Shown here one piece after another: positions 7,615-14,513 of a stretch of DNA of 14,513 nt. The number at the start of each line of letters is the position of its first letter. Positions within the stretch are counted from its first letter, which is position 1. The notes beneath the pieces are model-generated. The model was not told where the DNA came from. It worked only from the letters and a program-made list of their open reading frames with translations, and did no database searches. Made by a program: the position numbers and the translations under genes. The stretch comes from Promethearchaeia archaeon (GTDB taxonomy: Archaea > Asgardarchaeota > Lokiarchaeia > Sigyniarchaeales > SOKP01). The stretch is taken from positions 1 to 14,513 of the forward strand of contig JAWOFX010000187.1 of assembly GCA_046497275.1 (NCBI GenBank), read 5' to 3'.

Positions 7615-8835
7615 TTATTTAATAATGTATTGGCTCGATTTATCGATTGCATCTCGAATAAGTGATTTGATTTTTAAAGAATTATACATTTTTTTCACAG
7701 TCTCTGAATCAAATTTTTGGTTTGTTGGTTTGAATTTACAGTAGTCAATGTGATTCAGATTATTTGAAATCTCTTTTATATCCTTTTTAATTCTTTCAGA
7801 ATCAAACCCTACCAGAGGGGTAAAGATAGGATGCTGAGAAAAGAGATAATTAAGGGATATAGAGTCTAAATCAATCTCATCGTTACAAGAATTTAAATTA
7901 TTAAAATTAAGTCCATCAGAGAATCCTCTAATATATTTTATTTTAGTTTGAAAATCCTCACTTAATTTAGCTATAATTTCAAATCGGATTAATCGACAAA
8001 GAGAACAAAGATATTCTTTTTGTCCTAGTTCTTCCTCTACAAAATCTAATATCGGTAAAAGATTTATTATTATAAGACTAAACTTAGAAAACGGAGTGTA
8101 ATTAAAAATCTCTTCCCAATTAGCAATCCTTTTATCTACTAAATCTTCTGTCTCTGAAATATTAAATAATACTGGATATATTACACAACCTCGCCGCATT
8201 AGTAAAAATCCTGCAATTAAATCACTCAAACGACCGATATCCATGACTCCAATTTTTTTTTTATATTCTATTGGCAACCCCTCCCATTTTGTTTCGATTA
8301 TATCAGTAAAAAGATAAGAAAATTGGTTTCTAACTTCAATATATATTATTTTATTGGGATTGCTTAAATTAACTTTTAAGTTTAAATGCGAGAAATTATC
8401 TAAAAGAATTTTTCCAACTTTCTCTGCGACATCCTGAGAACTAAAGTTATGTTTTCCGGATCTTTTTACTCTTAAAGCAAAACTATCATCTTGCTTGAAA
8501 ATTAAATCACCTATTTCAATCGCTCTCTCAGAGATATTTTGTATTCTATTTGATGTTCTTAGGGCAGCACTTAAAGAGTGTACACCAAATGCTTTAGATA
8601 TAACCTTTATAGCTTCTTTGATAAATTCATGTTTAAAAAAAAAGAGGATTCTAGCCGAATCATCAGTGATTTGATATTTTGTATAAGGTATTTTTTCTCT
8701 TTCCAACATATTTTGAATATTTTTAATCAAGATTTTTAGCATTCTCATCTTAACTTTCATTGATTTTAACCAGATCTCTCCACTATATCGAACTAAGATT
8801 AGATTGTATGATTTATGGAAAGTGATTTGTCTCAT
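7615..8835 (-). CDS. thiI: ThiI-like (THUMP + ThiI domain) tRNA sulfurtransferase homolog with a degenerate PP-loop
   Basis: N-terminal ILVRYSGEIWLKS; THUMP segment SFALRVKRSGKHNFSSQDVAEKVG...VNLSNPNKIIYIEVR; LMRRGC; CSLC; YCKFKP. The SGGxDS motif is replaced by IGRLSD, so the symbol indicates homology only. Confidence 0.82.
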   Translation of the reverse strand: MRQITFHKSYNLILVRYSGEIWLKSMKVKMRMLKILIKNIQNMLEREKIPYTKYQITDDSARILFFFKHEFIKEAIKVISKAFGVHSLSAALRTSNRIQNISERAIEIGDLIFKQDDSFALRVKRSGKHNFSSQDVAEKVGKILLDNFSHLNLKVNLSNPNKIIYIEVRNQFSYLFTDIIETKWEGLPIEYKKKIGVMDIGRLSDLIAGFLLMRRGCVIYPVLFNISETEDLVDKRIANWEEIFNYTPFSKFSLIIINLLPILDFVEEELGQKEYLCSLCRLIRFEIIAKLSEDFQTKIKYIRGFSDGLNFNNLNSCNDEIDLDSISLNYLFSQHPIFTPLVGFDSERIKKDIKEISNNLNHIDYCKFKPTNQKFDSETVKKMYNSLKIKSLIRDAIDKSSQYIIK

Positions 8836-8860
8836 TTTATTAAATAAATAAGGTTTGAAA

Positions 8861-10456
8861 TTATGTAAAAATATTTATTGAATATCTCCCTAAAATTTTT
8901 CTTTGATTAGTTCTTAGATTTTCCTCAGTTACTTCTACTAATCCATCCTTATATACGTCAATTTCAATAAAGTTTTCATCAAAATGATTCTTCTGTAAAT
9001 TTCCTCCGTTTGAGACCAATGAATTCTCAATTTTCAGGTTAAAAGATACGCTTGGTGTACTATTTAAAATTAGATCTATCTGGGATAAAGCTAATTGTGA
9101 TAGAACATCACCTGCATCCGTTAATTCTGTCCTCCATATACTTAATGGTGTTGGGATTAAACTATGAAAACATGCAAACCCACATATTTTTTCTTGACTG
9201 AATTTTAATACTTTTTCAATTAATAATCTTAATTTTTTCCTGCCAATGAAACCGATCGTAGAATCTTGCGTGCTTGAATTAATACCTTGGAAAAATAATT
9301 TTTCACTTTTATAAGACGGATCAAGGGGGCCAATATATTCTTGCCAATAATCCCAAGTCGGAGGATGTGAATCACTATATCCAGGAATGATAATGCTAGG
9401 ATAATTTAATTTATCAAACTTTTCCTTTCCAATTATTATCTCTTGTTCATACCCATTTTTAGTGAGATTTCCATTATGAACTACTAAATCAACTTCAGGT
9501 ATTTTGTTTATTTTATCAATTACCTTATCGATACTGGCCCTTTTATTAACATCCTTTTTGCTGATTAGAGTATTCGATAATTGAATAATCTTACAAGAGG
9601 GTTTTTCCTTATCTCTAATTTTTCTTGGATAATAATATTTGATTTCTCTATTTATTTCTTTTTTATATTGAGAATCCATTACTGGAAAAATTCGAAATTT
9701 TATTTCACTATTTTCTATGTCAATCACATTATATGTGAAAAGTTCTCGATACCTGGTTTTATTACAAGAGAAAGTTCCAGCGTTGAAAATAAACAGATCT
9801 TTCTCTGGAGAAGCTAGATTATATAAATTTGAAATATGTCGATGTCCATTAATCACTAAATCTGCCCCCGTTTCTAAAAGCATCTTCAACATATCGCCAG
9901 AATCATCAATCGCTGATCGCTCCTTGCCTGTTTTGGGAATAGGAATAGTTTGATGATGGAAACAAACAATTTTTATCTTATTCTCTCTATCCGCTTTTTG
10001 TAATTGTGTTCTTACTGACTTGATGGTGTTTTGATGAATGATACCACTCGCTAGATCTGGTTTTGTACTATCTATTCCAAGAACATATATATCATCATCT
10101 TCAAATTCAAAATGTCTTGGACCGATAATCTCTTCAAATAAAAGATAACCTACATTTAAAGCATCATGATTTCCAATAATGTAATGCAGTGGAGCATTTG
10201 ATGCAGGTTGGAACTTATTCATTTGCGTTAAAGCATGTTCATAGTCTAAAAGTGTTCCACTCTGAGTTAAATCCCCCAGATGAAGATATAAACTAACATC
10301 TCTTATTTTATTTATCTTTTCTATACCTGTATTAAATGCATGTAGATTAAATTCCGTTCCATGACGAGTAATATGAGTGTCAGAGAAAATGACTAATCTT
10401 TTCTTTTGATTTGTTCCCTTATCAGTTTTAACAATTGATTCTGTCATAATTTTCAT
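8861..10456 (-). CDS. Tandem calcineurin-like metallophosphoesterase (Icc/CpdA-like): intact N-terminal domain, degenerate C-terminal domain
   Basis: Domain 1 has SDTH, LGDLT, GNHD, CFHH and GHRH. Domain 2 equivalents are SNTL, NGNLT, PGYSD, CFHS and NSTP. Confidence 0.9.
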   Translation of the reverse strand: MKIMTESIVKTDKGTNQKKRLVIFSDTHITRHGTEFNLHAFNTGIEKINKIRDVSLYLHLGDLTQSGTLLDYEHALTQMNKFQPASNAPLHYIIGNHDALNVGYLLFEEIIGPRHFEFEDDDIYVLGIDSTKPDLASGIIHQNTIKSVRTQLQKADRENKIKIVCFHHQTIPIPKTGKERSAIDDSGDMLKMLLETGADLVINGHRHISNLYNLASPEKDLFIFNAGTFSCNKTRYRELFTYNVIDIENSEIKFRIFPVMDSQYKKEINREIKYYYPRKIRDKEKPSCKIIQLSNTLISKKDVNKRASIDKVIDKINKIPEVDLVVHNGNLTKNGYEQEIIIGKEKFDKLNYPSIIIPGYSDSHPPTWDYWQEYIGPLDPSYKSEKLFFQGINSSTQDSTIGFIGRKKLRLLIEKVLKFSQEKICGFACFHSLIPTPLSIWRTELTDAGDVLSQLALSQIDLILNSTPSVSFNLKIENSLVSNGGNLQKNHFDENFIEIDVYKDGLVEVTEENLRTNQRKILGRYSINIFT

Positions 10457-11190
10457 TCCTCTTTAATTTTAGCAGGTCTACCTTTGTATTTTTTATTTTT
10501 TACCATGGATTGCTCATAATTAGTATAAGAGAGAGCATTTAACATAACATTTTCCTCAATTGTAGTGCCGGGTAATAAAACACATTTTGCACCAATTATT
10601 ACATTATCCTTTATTAAAATATTTTTAATTATAAATTTATCTTGTTCAATTCCGAAACTTAATATCGTAGATCCCATTCCAATTATTATATTTTTTCCAA
10701 TCTCAATAAACTCAGATGAAATCCATGCGTTATCGCAAATCGCATTCTTGCCAATCTTTACTCCAAAAAACCTTAATGTAAACCGATTTTTTAACCATGG
10801 GAAAGGATTAGTCGCTGTCAGATATAAAGGCCATTTTTTAATTATATTACGGATATTCCAAAAATAATAAGCTCTATCATTAATATTCCTCTTAAAAATC
10901 CCCTCTCTGGGAAAATACACTAAATTACATATATTTAATATCAAATATGAAATTAAAATAGCAGCTAGCTGAAGAGTATATAAAGAAATAATTAAGTTCA
11001 ATGGAATTAAGAGCCAAAATAGTAAATATAGATTTTCTCTCCAAAAAATAAAGATATAGGTGTATTCAATTAGAATCAATGGAATAAAACTTAATGTAAT
11101 TATTAAAAAATAAACAGGCAAAAATCTAAAACGCAATCGCTCATCTACAGGTGTAGGTGAATCACCTTTTAAACTTGCAGGTTGAAACAT
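10453..11190 (-). CDS. Membrane-anchored left-handed beta-helix (hexapeptide repeat) acyltransferase-like protein, paralog B
   Basis: Two N-terminal hydrophobic segments, then LRFFGVKIGKNAIC...IEIGKNIIIG...IKDNVIIGAKCVLLPGTTIEENVML hexapeptide repeats. Its stop overlaps the next start codon (ATGA). Confidence 0.85.
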   Translation of the reverse strand: MFQPASLKGDSPTPVDERLRFRFLPVYFLIITLSFIPLILIEYTYIFIFWRENLYLLFWLLIPLNLIISLYTLQLAAILISYLILNICNLVYFPREGIFKRNINDRAYYFWNIRNIIKKWPLYLTATNPFPWLKNRFTLRFFGVKIGKNAICDNAWISSEFIEIGKNIIIGMGSTILSFGIEQDKFIIKNILIKDNVIIGAKCVLLPGTTIEENVMLNALSYTNYEQSMVKNKKYKGRPAKIKEE

Positions 11191-11212
11191 ATAACTATTT
11201 CCGATTTTTTTA

Positions 11213-12037
11213 TTAATCTTTATTTAATTTTTTAGTTTTTTCTGCTTTTACACGAGATTCCTCAACAGAACTTATTGGAAATGAATAAGTTGCGGGAGTT
11301 CCTATATGTATCAGATCCCCCTCTAAAACTTGATCTAATTCTGTATAACTATTTGCTCCCAGAACAGCTCCCTCTTTTATGATTGTTCCTGGTGTTACTA
11401 TTGTATGAGGTCCAACAATGCAATTCTTTCCAATATTTATTTTTTTTATGATCACTTTATCATGATAAATTAAGTGAGAAAATATACTTACATTCAATGA
11501 AGTCATTGAATTATCTCCAATTTCTATTAATTCTGGATCTATATATCCTTCATAGGCAACAACACTCCTCCCAATATGAACCCCAAAAAACCTATATACA
11601 AAAATATCTGCCCATGGAAATGGTATAGCTCTTGCTACCCAGATAGGAAAATAAGAGGTCCAGAATCTTCGGTGCATATATTTCCAATCTTTACTATCCT
11701 TTAGAAATATTCCTTCTCTCGTTGGATGTAAATAGTTGAGAATTCTAAAAATAATTGCTGAAAAAACCATTGTTATGGCGAAGAATAGAAAAATGTTCCC
11801 ATAAACACTTAAAGGCACTAATAACCAATACCACCACTCACCTCCAGGCCAAAACGGTATAAAATTTTGTCCCGTTAATGTAAAATATAAGGCATTTAAG
11901 AACCAGAGATTTATCAGAATTAAAACAGTACTGGAAAAAAATATTTCGAGGACAATAATTAATGAAAATGGAGTTTTATACACTCCAGAAGTTGAGATTA
12001 TATCATTTTCTCCCACTTTATTTTTCTGAATTTCCAT
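11213..12037 (-). CDS. Membrane-anchored left-handed beta-helix acyltransferase-like protein, paralog A
   Basis: Two TM segments, REGIF motif shared with paralog B, and YRFFGVHIG...DPELIEIGDNSM...FSH...INIGKNCIVGPHTIVTPGTIIKEGAVLGANS repeats. Confidence 0.87.
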   Translation of the reverse strand: MEIQKNKVGENDIISTSGVYKTPFSLIIVLEIFFSSTVLILINLWFLNALYFTLTGQNFIPFWPGGEWWYWLLVPLSVYGNIFLFFAITMVFSAIIFRILNYLHPTREGIFLKDSKDWKYMHRRFWTSYFPIWVARAIPFPWADIFVYRFFGVHIGRSVVAYEGYIDPELIEIGDNSMTSLNVSIFSHLIYHDKVIIKKINIGKNCIVGPHTIVTPGTIIKEGAVLGANSYTELDQVLEGDLIHIGTPATYSFPISSVEESRVKAEKTKKLNKD

Positions 12038-12249
12038 TAAACTTACTTTTCCTATCGAAATTTAATTCTTAATAATACTACTAGGAATGGTTAAATATAA
12101 ATTATAGAATATTTATTACTTTTTTAGATGGTTGTGATTTCACCAATCTTTATGAACTAGTATCATTAAACTTAAAAAATAACTAAAGAATTAATTTATA
12201 TAAATACCTTTAAAAAATAATACAACATAAGAATCAAAAATCAAAGCGA

Positions 12250-13215
12250 GTGGAAATAAATATGTCGATTGATTGGCAAAAAGCCGAGGAGAGGCCCGAT
12301 AAGTCCCAAAAGGTTGATGGTAAAGCTCTTTTAGATTTACGTGCCAAGATTAACGATCTAGAGAAGCAATTAGCAGAAACAAAAAATAACTTATCAGAAA
12401 CGGAAGCTGATTTAACTTCTACTAAAAGTGAATTGGAACAGAGAACAAACAATCTCGAAACCACTAAAAATGAATTAGAACAGACTAAGAACGAGTTAGA
12501 ACAAACAAAGCAAAAATTTGAAGTAAAAACCGCTGAACTTAACTCATCTATAGCGCAAAAAGACCAGAGAATCGAAGAATTAAATTCACAAGTTACTGAA
12601 TTAAATCAAAAAATTGAAGATTATAATCAAACTCTTGGAGACCTCGAAGAGAATTTAAACCAACTTTCAGAGTTGTCTAAAAATTCTCAAGAAAGAGCAT
12701 CTACTCTTGAATCTGAATTATCTCAGGTTAAACAAGAATTAAGAGAAGCGAATCAAGATATTGAATCCAAAGAGCAGAAAATATCTGAACTCGGATCCAA
12801 GGTTGAGCAATTAAGTTCTGAACTGGATACAACTCAGAGAGAAAAAGTTTCATTTGAAACTAAAGCTGGAGATTTAGAAAGTACCCTTACCCAAAAAGAG
12901 GAGGAGATGGCAGAATTACACGAAGCGTTAGAAGAGCAAAAAGAAGCGATCAATGCTCAAGCAGCGAAGATAGAAGAACTCGAAACAGAATTAAGTGAAT
13001 ATAAACCTCCTGAAATTGGCTCGGGTGGATTTGATGCCGAAGAACGTATCACATGCCCAATGTGTGGGGCAGTAGGACAAGATATTAAAACTGTAGAGGA
13101 TAAATCTAAAGTTTTGAGTTATGTTGGCCACATACCCATGTATGCAAAAACTGTTTTCTAACTCAGAAAACAATTGTATAAACATGTGTGTAAAAAATGT
13201 GGCTATGAGTTTTAA
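12250..13215 (+). CDS. Long coiled-coil protein with C-terminal CxxC...CxxC zinc ribbon, proposed as join(12250..13149,13180..13215), 311 aa (307 aa if ATG 12262 is the start)
   Basis: About 230 aa of heptad-rich E/K/Q/L sequence, then CPMCG at about 13114-13128 by translation order (ITCPMCG). The track ORF stops at TAA 13159-13161, but the same frame resumes with KHVCKKCGYEF* (13180-13215), which supplies the missing second Cys pair. Confidence 0.85.
12421..12525 (+). repeat. Degenerate 21-nt (heptad) tandem repeats encoding TK(S/N)ELEQ
   Basis: actaaaagtgaattggaacag (12421), actaaaaatgaattagaacag (12463) and actaagaacgagttagaacaa (12484), with more diverged units at 12442 and 12505. Confidence 0.75.
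13150..13179 (+). other. Candidate 30-nt archaeal BHB-type mRNA intron carrying an in-frame TAA
   Basis: Central 4-bp helix GCAA (13144-47)/TTGT (13174-77); bulges AA^A (13148-50) and AT^A (13178-80); perfect 8-bp intron stem TGTTTTCT/AGAAAACA; exon-exon helix CATGT (13137-41)/ACATG (13182-86). Canonical cuts restore the reading frame. Confidence 0.72.
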
Positions 13216-13763
13216 CTAAACCATTTTTTTCATTCTTTTCTTTTTTAAAAACTCTACAATCATTAGAGATTTTTTATTAGAAAAATTTTTTTTATGAAAT
13301 TTTTTTTTGAGTTTATTAATCTTGATGAGTATAATTCTTCTGGAGAGATTAATTGATATTATCATATCCATTTTTATCAAACATATACCAAATGTCAAAT
13401 ACCTCGATAAGATTGTCCTTTTTTAAAGTCCTCTTTAAATCCTCAGTTTTTAATAATGTGATCTTTTTATTTTTCAATTTTTTTTCCTTTTTTGACATTT
13501 CTTTTGAATGATAATATCCTTTCTTTCTTTTTATCTTTCAATACTTTTAAATCTCCTACTAAATTAATGTACTTTTCATTATAATTCAGTAAGGAACTAT
13601 TTAAATAACTTTAAAATTTACACTATGATTTGAATTAATAAGATCTAAATGTTTTAGTTAAAATTTTTTATTTCTTTCTTTTCTTTTAATGATTCTATTT
13701 CTAAAGCATAGATATCTGTTTGTTTAATCAAAAAAGAAAATAAAAAAAAATTAATAATATGGA

Positions 13764-14513
13764 TTAGACAATATTGTTATAATAATCATATGTGTTGGTT
13801 CCACTGTCAGAAATAGGTGTTTCGCATGAGAGAAAAGTGTTACCAACAATAGTATTTTCATCACAGTGTGAAGTACTAATCCTAACGCCATACCCGATAC
13901 CACTACCAGCATTGGTATAATTATAGATTAAATTTCCCGTAAGAACATTGAAATCTGATCCCGTATAAATATAAAACGCATATAAAGTATAAGGAGAGTT
14001 AGGATCTAATCCTCGGATTGAATTACCTGAAAAAGTGGAATAATCAGTAGCAACTCGAATAGCATAAGGATTATTACCATAAAGTACATTATTAGATACG
14101 GTACATTGATCCCCTAAAACATAAATCCCAATATGACAATAAGCTACATAATTATTATCACAAGTACTGGAATCCCCGTATAAAAATATTCCCTCACCTT
14201 GGGCTCCATCATCACAATAAAGAACCGTATTATCAGAGACATGTGTAGAATGTGCTGAAGAGGAGCAAAAAATTCCATATAGAACCTCAGTAATATAGCA
14301 ATTACTTACCCATACATCAGCACAGTCAATATATATTCCTCGTCCATTTCTACCAGCATCACCGAAAATTTTAACATTCTCAATATATGAGAACGTATCT
14401 GAGACGAATATGATATTTATGCTAGTACCAATTATATCCGTGGCGTCTATCGTAAGATCCCTAATAATACATGATTGAGTTATCTCAATCCGGATAGCAC
14501 TTCGATCTCCATT
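13764..14513 (-). CDS. Right-handed parallel beta-helix repeat protein (NosD/pectin-lyase-like), 5'-partial, 249 aa visible
   Basis: Manually translated; open from the window end to TAA at 13764-13766. Repeating PbH1-like units: GIYID..VWVSNCYI, GIFC...VSDNTV, GIFLYGD..TCDNNIV, GIYVLGD.CTVSNNVL, TFSGNSI, VLTGNLI, TIVGNTF. Absent from the ORF track because the start lies outside the window. Confidence 0.88.
   Translation of the reverse strand, partial: NGDRSAIRIEITQSCIIRDLTIDATDIIGTSINIIFVSDTFSYIENVKIFGDAGRNGRGIYIDCADVWVSNCYITEVLYGIFCSSSAHSTHVSDNTVLYCDDGAQGEGIFLYGDSSTCDNNYVAYCHIGIYVLGDQCTVSNNVLYGNNPYAIRVATDYSTFSGNSIRGLDPNSPYTLYAFYIYTGSDFNVLTGNLIYNYTNAGSGIGYGVRISTSHCDENTIVGNTFLSCETPISDSGTNTYDYYNNIV

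Noticed and set aside
9581-9953. Two 78-aa plus-strand track ORFs
   Set aside because: Antisense to the metallophosphoesterase, with no recognisable features.
10565-10867. Track ORF, 100 aa, plus strand
   Set aside because: Antisense shadow of the LbH paralog B.
12421-12525. Periodic repeats as a CRISPR array
   Set aside because: The 21-nt in-frame coding heptads vary at synonymous positions and have no spacers.
13159-13161. Stop-codon recoding (Sec/Pyl) as the explanation for the in-frame continuation
   Set aside because: The codon is TAA, not TGA or TAG, and readthrough would leave a 10-residue insert just before the second CxxC.
13148-13183. AAAC direct repeat flanking the insertion as a transposon target-site duplication or footprint
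   Set aside because: Excision between the repeats removes 32 nt and gives a frameshift (YAKTCV*) that does not restore the zinc ribbon. Only the 30-nt BHB-register excision does.
12234-13185. Minus-strand track ORFs 12234-12464 and 12991-13185
   Set aside because: Antisense to the coiled-coil gene; their composition simply mirrors its codons.
13216-13498. Lys-rich small ORFs (track 13216-13398 and a manually found 49-aa ORF at 13349-13498, minus strand)
   Set aside because: Low-complexity products expected from poly-T DNA, with no nearby SD and no motif. A decayed gene cannot be excluded.

Overview
AT-rich archaeal chromosome window, most likely from an Asgard (Lokiarchaeia/Promethearchaeota-like) genome; this is inferred from gene content (eS25, Rag-like GTPase, Bud23-like methyltransferase, intron-containing tRNA-Ser). 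Left to right: a partial >1152-aa secreted DUF2341/PA14 surface protein that the ORF track missed; a Bud23/WBSCR22-like SAM methyltransferase divergent from rps25e; tRNA-Ser(CGA) with a 19-nt BHB intron; a PfkB kinase; a Rag-like small GTPase; a SAMP/MoaD-like ubiquitin-fold protein; a probable operon of two membrane-anchored left-handed beta-helix proteins, a tandem metallophosphoesterase and a ThiI-like protein with a destroyed PP-loop; a coiled-coil/zinc-ribbon gene; and the 3' part of a parallel beta-helix protein. The strongest finding is a 30-nt, stop-containing insertion (13150-13179) in the coiled-coil gene. It folds into a bulge-helix-bulge structure, and cutting at the canonical endonuclease positions exactly restores the second CxxC of the zinc ribbon. 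It is therefore a candidate EndA-spliced mRNA intron in an Asgard protein-coding gene.
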